Positions 52,736 to 64,000 of a stretch of DNA of 64,000 nt are shown piece after piece (the first letter of the stretch is position 1; each line of letters opens with the position of its first letter). The notes beneath the pieces are model-generated. The model was given only the letters and a program-made list of their open reading frames with translations, was not told the origin of the DNA and searched no databases. The DNA is from Octopus vulgaris (taxonomy: Eukaryota). The DNA lies in assembly GCA_951406725.2 (NCBI GenBank), contig OX597831.1, forward strand, positions 65,782,001 to 65,846,000, in the 5' to 3' direction. A program made the position numbers and the translations under genes.

Positions 52736-53440
52736 TTAAGCTATGGGTCCAATCTTGAACAAGACATCTGCTTGTATCATGATTATACAGCTTCAGACCC
52801 TTCCAATGAGTTAGCATTGTAGTTGCTGACACATATACCAACAGATTTACAGCCTTTTTAATACCCCTTGACTGGACATCATTTAGTTAATCTCCTGCTA
52901 TTTCATCTACTAAATCCAGTTTAAGCTGAGAGAATTTTCTTACATTTGAATGGTCTGTCTTTGAAGTGGCTGTTTAGTGCTTGTTACAGCATATCCCAAC
53001 TCATTTTTGGGGTGTTAAAGACAGTCCAGGATTTATCTGTTTAGTCTTCTATGGATTAGTCTGAATACGGATTAGTTTTCAACAGTGTATTCAGGGATAT
53101 GACTCCAGCCAGACTCTATTGTTATTGGTTCTGAATTTGTCATTGTAGCATGTATCACTATTTGATAGTTTGGTTACACCTTTGTTGGTATGCTTTCGTC
53201 CAGAAATTAGTTATCTGATAATTCATTTAGCCAAATCATAAAGTTTTTTGGACTTAAATTTAGTTGTGGTTGTTTGATATACCACAGTTGTTTCAGCCCT
53301 TCTATAACATGTACCCCAACACCCAATGTTTAGGTTCAGATTGTACATGTGTTGTCATAACTCTTTGTTACTGTAATAACTCCACAGATTACTGTGGCTA
53401 CTAGCACAATTGGGACAACAGAAACTTGCATGTTTTTAGC

Positions 53441-53578
53441 TATGTATGTATGTATGTATGTATATATGTATGTATGTATGTATGTATGCATGTATGTATG
53501 TATGTATGGATGGATATATGTATATATGTATGTATGCATGTATATATGTATGGATGGATGGATGTATATGTATGTATG

Positions 53579-53612
<34 letters not shown>

Positions 53613-53842
53613 TGTATGGATGGATGGGTGGAGGGATATATATGTATGTATGCATGTATATATGGATGTATATGTATGTATGTATATATGTATGTATGCA
53701 TGTATGTATGGATGGATGGATATATATGTATATATGTATGTATGCATGTATATATGTATGGATGGATGGATGTATATGTATGTATGTATATATGTATGCA
53801 TGTATGTATGTATGCATGTATATATGTATGGATGGATGGATG

Positions 53843-53874
<32 letters not shown>

Positions 53875-53940
53875 TGTATGTATGCATGCATGGATGGATG
53901 GATGGATGGATGGATGGATGGATGGCTATATATGTATGTA
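53441..53940. repeat. (TATG)/(GATG) microsatellite field
   Basis: Direct inspection. Confidence 0.95.
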
Positions 53941-54702
53941 GTGTATCTATTACATTTATTTATGTACATAGTGTATGGCTGCTGTCAACAGGCTTCAGCA
54001 AAGTTGTAGTATTTCCTTAGAGGAAGCTTTGTTGATGAGGAGCTCCTTTGGCATAACTCCTAAGTCTTTTCTTTCTCCTTGCCTGATCATCAGCCACAAC
54101 ATTTGTTTTAGAGTGACCTTGGAGAAACACATTCACACAACTTCTGAACAGTTTATAACATAACATTTAAACGTGCTGTTGACCTGTGTTTTTTTTTTTA
54201 TATATTCCATGTGTTTCTTAATTTATATGCACAAGTGCTGTCTGTTCAAATGTTACCCAATCTGACTCGACACATCAAGTTAAGTAGCTATTGTTTTTTT
54301 AACAGGTTAATCAGAGCTTTCCTGTAAAACATGAGCTTTATACACCAATTATTTGACTATCAGGTCTCTCCAAGGTGATTTTCCATTCAGTAGTTTTGCG
54401 ACAGCTGTTTACAGGGTTTCATTGGAGATGTATTAGGAGAAACATTTACACTCTGTTGCTTTTTCACATTCCCGAGTGTTTTCAGATCCTTTCAGTGATG
54501 ATCATTTAGAAAGAAGCTTGATGATATGGCCTTTCAAGATGTGGTCCATAGTTTCTAGGTTTAATTCAAATGTTACAGTTTAATTCTATGTTCTTGTGAT
54601 TTCCTAGAAAAAATTTGACTTACCACTCATAGTTGTTGTTTATAGGTACGTATTTCGTTTACCTATGCATGTCTCAAGTCAACTGTACCTGTGGGGTTTA
54701 AA

Positions 54703-55200
54703 CATTATCATCATTATCATCGTCCACTTTCCATGCTAGCATGGGTTGGACAATTTTGACTGAGGGCTGGCGAGCCAGATGGCTGCACCAGGCTCCAATC
54801 AGGATTTGGCAGAGTTCTACAGCTGGGTGCCCTTCCTAATGCCAACCACTCCTAGAGTGTAGTGGATGCTTTTTACATGCCACCGGCACAGGGGCCAGTC
54901 AGGCGGCACTGGCAATGACCGCGCTCGAATCTTTTTACACGTGCCACCAGCACAGGTCCCAGTGAAGCGACGTTGGTAACGATCACGCTCGAATGGTACC
55001 CTTTTACATGCCACGGGTACGGAAGCCAGTCGGCTGCTCTGGCAACGATCACACTCGGATGGTGCTCTTGGCACCCTACTAGCACAGGCATAAGAGCCAG
55101 TAAGGCGACGCTGGTAATGATCATACTCGAATAGCTGCTCTGTCAATGATCACACTCATATGGTGCTCTTTGCACCCCGCTAGCATGGATGCCAGTCATC
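54703..55200 (-). mobile_element. Family C (RTE tail) with expanded internal modules
   Basis: Match to family consensus; repeated GATCAC.CTCG.ATGGTGC modules. Confidence 0.82.
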
Positions 55201-55368
55201 GAAATCATAAAGCTGTAGCTGGTGATTTGTGAATTCATGATTCACTTTGCATTTAATAATTGTATTTAATTGCCCAATGTTATTCAATAAACTAATAATT
55301 GTTTTATTGAGAGATGCCATCCATTTTGGTTGTGTGTGGTACTCTGCATATGGCAACTGTAACTCAAC

Positions 55369-55842
55369 TTAGATTTGATGACCAGATCTTATGGATATCA
55401 TTACAGGCTGACCAGGCCATACCCTTTCTAGTTAGAAAATCTTTTCCAGATGATGATATGTATGACCCAAGATATTTGTAATCAGAAACCATATTTAAGG
55501 GCGTATTGTTGAGAGTATGGATGATGAAATCACTGTTGGACAGGCACTTGTTTACAAATATATGGGAAACTACCACCTGTATCATCTCTTGTGAAAGGTA
55601 GGAGAGTCCAGTTTGCTGGACATTGTTGTAGAGCGGAAAACGAAGCAATTTCTACTCTTCTCCTCTGGAAGCCATCTACTCACGATACCAGAGGGCGCAC
55701 ACTCTCCCACCCTGATGTAATCTCCAGGGATACAGGCATCCAGCAACAGGACCTCCGTAATGCTATGATGGACCGTGAAGTCTGGCGTAGCATAGTAAAT
55801 TCCATTGTCTCGACCACGGTTGAACAATGATGATGATGATGA
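55369..55842 (+). mobile_element. RTE-X-like LINE insertion with an inverted 5' segment
   Basis: 55369-55550 reads DYKYLGSYISSSGKDFLTRKGMAWSACN on minus; 55554-55842 is the plus-strand 3' end; TSD TGTAACTCAAC at 55358-55368 and 55843-55853. Confidence 0.85.
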
Positions 55843-56614
55843 TGTAACTCAACAGAGTAAGATACCCAGTGTCTCAAAACTGGAAGTTTCAGTTTATGCA
55901 AGGTATTTTTTAGTCGATCAATCATTGATCAACTTAATTAAACCAGGACAGGTTTTCTGTCAACTCATGTCGTAATCATTTTTTTCTTTTAGTGGCTGAT
56001 TGATATCAACAGGAAAATTATCCTTAAATCATGCTGTGTGTTGTGTTTTGATGTTTGCCTCCCGTATTTATTTCTGTTTGTTTATAAATGGCAACTACAT
56101 GTTGTTGTCATGGCAGCAGTTTGCATGTCACAATCACTTTTGTTTTGGTTGCGGTTTCATAGATTTAACAATTTCTCGAAGGTAAAATCTATTGGGCTGT
56201 TTATATTGTTATTTATTGTTCATTATTGGCCAGTCAATATTTATCAATTTTGCTAGATAGAGTAGCCTATTTCCTCTTAATGTAACTTGATGGCACAGCT
56301 GCATTGCACTGAATTATAAGTAGTTGGCATATTTTACCTCTCATGAGCCTTTCACTTCCTTCACATAACTGATTGAGGGATCTTCTCTAACCTGTTACAA
56401 AGCATTGATACAGGCCTTGATTCATTCAATTCAAAATCTCTGGAAATTTTTCTCGGTACTTCCATTACTAGCAATATTCTTAGTAATATTTAAACTGTCA
56501 AACCATGGCATATGCAGAAAATTCCAGTCTAATTTCACCATTTGATTATTGCTACAAACTTCTGCAAACAGGCATTTCCTTGTATTTATCCAGAGAAGAT
56601 AATCAGTTACATAT

Positions 56615-57680
56615 TTCATCATCAACATCATCATTTAATATCTGCTTTCAATGCTGGCATGGGTTAGATGGTTTGACTGGAACTGGTCATCATCATCATT
56701 GTTCGACTGTGGTTGAGACAATGGAATTTACTATGCAACGCCAGACTTCATGGTCCATCATAGCATTACAGAGGTCCTGTTGCTGGATGCCTGTATCCCT
56801 GGAGATTACATCAGGGTAGGAGAGTGTGCGCCCTCTGGTATTGCGAGTAGATGGCTTCCAGAGGAGAAGAGTAGAAATTACCTCGTTTTCAGCTCTACAA
56901 CAATGTCCAGCAAACTGGACAAGCCAGAGAGCTGCACCAGGCCCCAGGCTGATTTGGCATGGTTTATATGGCTGGATGCCCTTTCTAATGCCAACTACTC
57001 AAGAGTGTAACAAATGCTTTTTACGTGCCACCAGCATGGGTACCATTTACATGACACCAACAATGACCACACCTATGATTCCATGGCTACCATTTACTTT
57101 ACTTGGCATTGGCAATGGCCAGTACTGTGATTTCACTTGGCTTGGTGAGTCTTCCCAAGCACAGCATATTGCCAACGGCCATGGTTATGATTTCATGGGT
57201 GCCGTTTAAATGACACTAGCAACGGCCATGGCTACAATGTCACTTGGCTTGATGAGTTCTCAAGTACAGTGTATTTCCAAAGGTCCCAGGTACTAGTCAT
57301 CCTCTCTGTGTAGCTCAATTTTCAAAGATCATATTTTATCACCTCATCCCATGTCTTCCTGGGTTTGCTTCTTCCACAGGTTCCCAACACAGCACATTTT
57401 TATGCAACTGTCCTCATCCAAATGCATCACATGACCATACCAGCACATTACATCTGATGCTCAGTTTTTCTCTAAGCTCACTGACATTGCACATTCAGCA
57501 AAGCATACTAGCTTCATTTCTTTCAAGCCATCACATCTCCTTTGCAGCCGCAGCCCACATTTCACTGCTGTGGAGCATGGCTGTTTGCACACAAGCAATA
57601 TGCACTCTGCATTTCATTCTGAGGAGAAGACCCTTTGTTACCAACAGAGGTAGAAGCTATTTGAACATTGCCCAGCCTAT
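56615..57680 (-). mobile_element. Decayed 5'-truncated RTE LINE with a nested RTE-X-like 3' fragment (56688-56920)
   Basis: GLLLRMKCRVHIACVQTAMLHSSEMWA on minus near 57550-57635; family C tail; nested copy matches the 7535 element. Confidence 0.8.
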
Positions 57681-59309
57681 ATTTTTATATTGTATTAATA
57701 GAAAAAAATTTAGGGAACAGCATTCAGTGTCTGGGTCAGATTATGGTAACATATTACAAAAATACTTGAAATTAAAAACATGCATCAATATTAAAACAAT
57801 ATTTTACTTGTATAATAATCTACAATTTAAAAGTTGCATTTTTCTAGATTTAAGACGAACAAGTCTTCTTTTTATGATACTAGAAATATCTATTTTTGTA
57901 TAAAATTTCAGGCTAAGTTTAATTTAACCTATGGTGTTGCTTACTTTATTTTTTAATGTTTGCAGTTTTGAAAGCGAATATTTTCTATGACAGTTGGTAA
58001 TTATGAATGACAAAAGCGTTTACATTTGAAAAATAAAACGCCAAAGAATTGTTAGTTAGCAAAAAACTGTAATACTACAAAAACTTATTTGGCACCATTA
58101 TTAGAAGGAAGTTCATGAGGAATATTTATTTATTCTTATGGATTGAACTGCATATTTGAAGAATCAATGATTCTAGATCAACTGGTGCATATTGGGAAAA
58201 GCTAAATGAAACAAATACATAGATTTCATGATTTATTATTTTACCTAAAGCTTTCCTTTTAGCCAATATCTCTGAAATATTTAGAAGTTTAATTCTGGAG
58301 GGTGATGACTTAAACCTGGTAAAATTATGTTTGTGTTTCCTCCCTCATCATAAATTTTGTCCTCAGGAAATCCAAAGACTCCTACTCCTCAAAGATCCAG
58401 GTGGAATGGCTTTAAGTAATAACCACCTAGAAGCAACCACAAACACCCCTCTTATAAAACTTATGATCAATCCTTACCAGCCATTTCTTTTTTCTATATT
58501 GACATAAATAACCTTTGCCTGTTGAACTTTCTGAATTGAGAAATGTCACAAGCCCATTTGAGAGAAGAAGCTTATATTAAGCATAATATTACACGAGGTG
58601 ACTAATACAGAGCATTGTTACTTCAGCTAAGATATACAAGATAAATATTCTCTCCTAATATACAACCTTAATATTATGTAAATTTGTTTTTGTCTACTGA
58701 CATTGAAACTCTGGTTATGTTGAATCAAACTTGTTATTTGCACTATAGCTTAGTTTGATTAAAAGAGAAATTCTACAAAATAAAATGTAAAATTCCAATT
58801 TAATTTAATGAGGCTGGTTAGCATTTCAGAATCTATAATATATTAGTAATAATCTGATTCAATTTACCGATCCTATTTATGAGAAAAAATAATTAACCTC
58901 AATTATTGCATGACAAGTTTAATGTATTGAGAGAGATAGAAATATCATGGCAAATCTATTAATTAGCATCCATCCAAAATGAAGCAGGCCTGCCCATTTA
59001 CCATTGCCATTTATTTTGATTATTGTAATTAAGTGTAAAGTTTATTGGATCTTGGCTATATTTTGAATACCCATTTATCTATTAAATGTGGGTGGGTGGT
59101 ATTATACAATAGTAATGGAGCATGTGCAGAATCATTGAATCAGAATTGATAGTTTAAGTATTTGGTACCTGGCCCCTGAAAATGCAGTGTCTGTAGCATA
59201 TGTTATACTTGTCATGAGGTTAATCTGGCCTTGTTCATTAAACAGCAGAATGATTACTCCACCATGCCAATCAACATAACTGATTTTGATTATGCATGCA
59301 TGTATAGTT

Positions 59310-59624
59310 GTGATACCTGTGCCAGTGGCACATAAAAAGCACCATCCGAACCAGCACTGCCTTGACTGGCTTCTGTACCGGTGGCATGTAAATAGCACCA
59401 ACCGATCATGGCCGCTGCCAGCCTGTCCTGGCATCAGTGCTGGTGGCACATAAAAAGCACCCACTACACTCATGGAGTGGTTGGCGTTAGGAAGGGCATC
59501 TAGCTGTAGAAACACTGCCAGATCAGACTGGAGCCTGATGCAGCCTCCTGGCTTCCCAGACCCCGGTCGAACCATCCAACCCATGCTAGCACGGAAAAAC
59601 GGACGTTAAACGATGATGATGATG
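59310..59624 (+). mobile_element. Family C (RTE tail)
   Basis: Match to family consensus with (GAT)n tail. Confidence 0.82.
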
Positions 59625-59977
59625 TATGTATGTATGTATGTATGTAGGTTTTCTTCTATTTTTAATCATTTGAAGTCTTCCTGTAAGGAAGGAGCTAATT
59701 TCTTACAAAGATACGAAGCTCTATCATTGGAATGGAGATAGCAAAAACAATATCCAATGTCACATGCACTTAAGAAAAGTCTTGTATATTTCTATTTTTC
59801 TGCTTACAAATTGTATTTGTAATGTGTGTATTAGCTGATTGATTTCTTTATCTGAAATCTCTAACTTTTCCAGATTGTCCCTCAGGCATTTGCTAAGAAA
59901 ACCAAGTGCGCCAATTATTATTAGTATTAGTGTAAATTTATAATCTGCGTATAGAATCTGAAGGTTTCAAAATAGTT

Positions 59978-60378
59978 ACTCTTTTATTCTTTTACTTGTT
60001 TCAGTCATTTGACTGTAGCCATGCTGGAGCATCACCTTTAATCGAGCAAATCGACCCCAGGACTTATTCTTTGCAAGCCTAGTACTTATTCTATCAGTCT
60101 CTTTTGCCGAACCGCTAAGTTACAGGGGACGTAAACACACCAGCATCGGTTGTCAAGCGACGTTGGGAGGACAAACACAGACACACAAACACACACACAC
60201 ACATACATACATATATATACATATATACATAACGGGCTTCTTTCAGTTTCCGTCTACCAAATTCACTCACAAGGCTTTGGTCGGCCCGAGGCTATAGTAG
60301 AAGACACTTGCCCAAGGTGCCACATAGTGGGACTGAACCCTGAACCATGTGGTCGGTAAGCAAGCTACTTACCACACT
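59978..60378 (-). mobile_element. SINE family B
   Basis: Match to family consensus. Confidence 0.88.
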
Positions 60379-61031
60379 GTTCAAAGTTATCCTCTTTCCG
60401 TTGGATTTTTGTTGAGATATTTATATCAGCAAATGCATTTCCCTTCACAGAGACCATATATATATCCTTGTCTTTCCCAAATAACTATATCCAGCTTGTC
60501 GTATTTGCATTTGGTAGAAGCTTTGATGGAAATATTCCACCATGTTGATGTTTAATGTAGTCAAAAGGAGGGAGATTCTTTTTTCAGAAGGGTATTGAAT
60601 ATTCCTTGAGTGATATCATACTGCATTGGGTGTGATATTTTCAGGCAGTTGTTTATCATATGAGTGATAACTACCATAGGAATGTGGCATAACCTACATT
60701 TCTGGTTGCACCTTGGGGCTACCTGGACTCAAGTGTTTCTTGTTTATTAAGCATTTAATAGCAATCTCCTGTCCTTGGATTGTAAATGCAGAGCCTTTGA
60801 AGTATGATGTGGTGTAACAGCCACAAATTCAAGAAAGGTTACACTTCCTTGTCAATATTATCTTCAAGTCTTTGTGAATCACACCCATGCATAATTATTT
60901 GCTTTTTTTTGGTATGCTGAGTGTTTCATATTCAGTATTCCTTTATATTTGGGGATTGTATGAGAGATTATTAGGAAGAGAGTATTTCCTGAGTAGCTCA
61001 CTGTCAATTCATAGTATGTTCTTCTCTTTTT

Positions 61032-61459
61032 GGATCTTTTCAGTTTGAATGGCAGTTTTTTCTAGCAGTGTCATATGAAATTGTCACCCATAATTATGAC
61101 CCTAGAATCAATCTATTGCATTTCAATCTGTCTTAGGGTTAGGGTTAGTTAGGTTTAGGGGCGGGGGGAAGGGTATCTTCTTTTTTCTTCAGAAATGTAA
61201 ATAAACCCAATCTGTTTCTTAAACAAGGGACATATTCATATGGCACAGAATGTTTTCACCTCAATAGACGTCATTGATTGGTTGAAATTGCAGATATTGA
61301 AGAAAAAAACAACAAATATCTTACAAACTATAGAATTTTCTCAATAAAGCCAAGAGAAAAAGATGTTTTATAAACACATTCTACCAGTATATGAAGTTTA
61401 AAAGTGTTTAGTTACGTGGAAATTATTTTAAAAAACTGCCGTTCAAACCGAAAAGATCC
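61032..61459. mobile_element. GGATC-TIR MITE
   Basis: TSD CTCTTTT(T/C); internal TTAGGGTTAGGGTTAG. Confidence 0.9.
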
Positions 61460-61695
61460 CTCTTTTCTTTTAAGCATGAGGTTTGTGTATTTATTTTTGT
61501 TGTTGTTGTTTCACAGGTGCTGTCTGAGAGATGCTAAATGATGTTTATCGGCTTTGTGCACTGATCTCAAGCCTCTACCCCCTTCATCTTTTCTTAGATA
61601 GATTCTGTTGATATCACACTGTTTACGTGAAAGTTTCCATTTGCCATAAGGGTCTTGTTGGTTTTAATGCCTAGGAAGTGAATTATCTCTATAGA

Positions 61696-62175
61696 CCGCA
61701 GGAGGGGCTGTGTGGTAAGTAGCTTGCTAACCAACCACATGGTTCCGGTTTCAGTCCCACTGTGTGGCATCTTGGGCAAGTGTCTTCTGCTATAGCCCCG
61801 GGCCGACCAATGCCTTGTGAGTGGATTTGGTAGACGGAAACTGAAAGAAGCCTGTCGTGGCCTGATGCTGCCTTCTGGCTTCACAGACCCCAGTTGAACC
61901 ATCCAACCCATGCTAGCATGGAAAGCGGATGCTAAATGATGATGATGATGATGATGTGTGTATATGTGTTTGTGTGTCTGTGTTTGTCCCCCTAGCATTG
62001 CTTGACAACTGATGCTGGTTTACGTCCCTGTCACTTAGCGGTTCGGCAAAAGAGACCAATAGAATAAGTACTGGGCTTACAAAGAATAAGTCCCGGGGTC
62101 GATTTGCTCGACTAAAAGGCAGTGCTCCAGCATGGCCGCAGTCAAATGACTGAAACAAGTAAAAGAGTAAAAAGA
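61696..62175 (+). mobile_element. SINE family B with a family C tail (61858-61955) at its central position
   Basis: B 5' half, then CCATGCTAGCATGG...(GAT)n, then B 3' half. Confidence 0.85.
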
Positions 62176-62615
62176 GAGAGTAGACCAGTCAAGTCTCTCA
62201 AATATTGGTATCAATATTGGTGTTGTAAATACATTGTGGAATATTGTCTTGTTGTAAGAAGAGAGTTCTGACTGCAAATTTTTTCTAAGTCTGGTGTAGT
62301 AGTCTCACATCACTCTATCTGTATTCACCTTCATACAATATATTTTTATCAACAGGAGAGATGGAGAAACCATTGATGCACAAATTTTGGGTTTGGGATA
62401 CTGATTTTCTACAGTCAGCAATCAAATACAAGCTCACTTCTTTTGGCCAAATTCCATTCCCGTGTTTGCTGAAAATGTTGTTATTAACTCCTGCTGTTTT
62501 TTGGCATTGTTAACATTTTCAGTATAGCTCCTCACATCATCCATGAAGAAATTAGGAGTTACACTGGTATCTCTAGCAGTTTCAGATCCTAGCATATAGC
62601 CATTGGATTTTTGTA

Positions 62616-62874
62616 ACTCTTTACTCTTTTACTCTTTTACTTGTTTCAGTCATGTGGCTGTGGCCATGCTGGAGCACCGCCTTCAGTCGATCAAATCGAC
62701 CCCAGGACTTATTCTTTGTAAGCCTAGTACTTATTTTATCAGTCTCTTTTTTTTGGCCAAACCGGTAAGTTACGGGGACGTAAACACACCAGCATCGGTT
62801 GTCAAGCGATGTTGGGGGGACAAACACAGACACACAAACATATACACACAAACATATACACACACATACATATA

Positions 62875-62917
<43 letters not shown>

Positions 62918-62928
62918 ATATATATATG

Positions 62929-62960
<32 letters not shown>

Positions 62961-63108
62961 CGACGGGCTTCTTTCAGTATCCGTCTACCAAATCCACTCA
63001 CAAGGCTTTGGTCGGCTCGAGGCTATAGTAGAAGACACTTACCCAAGGTGCCATGCAGTGGGACTGAACCTGGAACCATGTGGTTCGTAAGCAAGCTACT
63101 CACCACAC
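62616..63108 (-). mobile_element. SINE family B
   Basis: Match to family consensus. Confidence 0.9.
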
Positions 63109-63789
63109 ATAATTGATTTAATTTCAAAATAAACAGAAATACAGAAAGACTATACCTTTGGAATATTCCCTTTGAAATTTATATCACATCAGAGACGATC
63201 TTTATACTCTCAGATCTTTTTGAACCTCTGTATGGTAGCATTTACGGTAGTAAGTACTTTTGCTAAGTGAAAAAACTTCAGCAACCCTGAGTGGAATAGT
63301 CAAATGCTTTCCTCAAATTGAACTTATACTGTCACAATGTTTTTGTTGCATTTTCTTATTTTGGACAGCACAGCTTTGGTTATCAAAAGTTTTTTGGCAC
63401 ACCTCCACACTGCTTTCCTTCCACCTGCTTGCTCTTCAGTCACCATGTTGTTGGATTCATGATGATCCTGGAGGGATTGGTTGAGACAGCTGTGCAAGAC
63501 TTGTACAAAATGTTTAGGCAGGCAATAGGCCTATATTTTTCTGACAACGTAGCAGTTTCATTCTTAGCTACAAGATTCGTCTGTGCTAAAGCAAGCCAAT
63601 TTGGTATGGCAATTTGGCCTTCCATAGTTGTTTTGAATATACATATTAAAGGCTTTCTTTAGAAAGTCGATCTTCTATACCAGTATCCAACATTTACATC
63701 TTTTCCAAGTGCCTTTCAATTATGCAGTTTACCAACAGCTATGGTGGATGTTGGTACAGTATTATTTCCCGGCTATATTTAGCCATGAT

Positions 63790-63959
63790 GCACACACACA
63801 CACACACACACTCACACACACTTACACGCTCACACACATACACTCACACACTCACACACACACTTACACACACACAGACACACACACTCACTCACTCACA
63901 CACACCTACACTCACACTCACAGACACACACACTCACACATACACACTCATACACACAG

Positions 63960-63987
<28 letters not shown>
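63790..63987. repeat. (CA)n-rich microsatellite
   Basis: Direct inspection. Confidence 0.95.
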
Positions 63988-63990
<3 letters not shown>

Positions 63991-64000
63991 ACAGATGTAA

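Larger units (their letters stand above)
60380..63720 (-). mobile_element. Decayed R4/Dong-clade LINE fragmented by a MITE and SINEs
   Basis: Colinear minus-strand motifs: IPNWLALAQTNLVAK..KYRPIACLNILYK (63500-63610), LRKAFD (63300), KGIFQ (63165), FFMDDVRSY (62540), GMEFG (62455), RKDEGGRGLRSV (61575); the left boundary is approximate. Confidence 0.75.

Noticed and set aside
49229-54020. MYVC/HTYI repeat ORFs
   Set aside because: (TATG)n microsatellite translations

Overview
AT-rich, repeat-dense eukaryotic DNA. It is very probably from an octopus or other coleoid cephalopod, inferred from the SINE/RTE repertoire and very high microsatellite density. Almost all ORFs in the supplied track are artefacts of microsatellites or repeats. 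The one convincing host coding segment is a short first coding exon at 30755-30846 (+), MAQPKMPLRTAMLSVPGNESLSARRRHSWI, followed by TG|GTAAGT. Its RRHSWI(C) end matches the PKA-regulated N-terminus of vertebrate PDE4D3, so the window likely lies in the large 5' intronic region of a PDE4/dunce gene; I found no downstream common exon in the window. The rest is decayed LINEs (RTE, RTE-X-like, R4/Dong-like, CR1-like), three abundant SINE families, a mariner remnant, three kinds of non-autonomous DNA element (GG-ended 8-bp-TSD MITE with telomere-like repeats, TTAA piggyBac MITE, Helitron), a tRNA-Glu-like copy, and mini- and microsatellites. I see no complete novel multi-gene system. The most notable signals are the PDE4D3-like exon with its upstream architecture and several mechanistically informative TE structures. 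All family assignments were made by eye without database searches.
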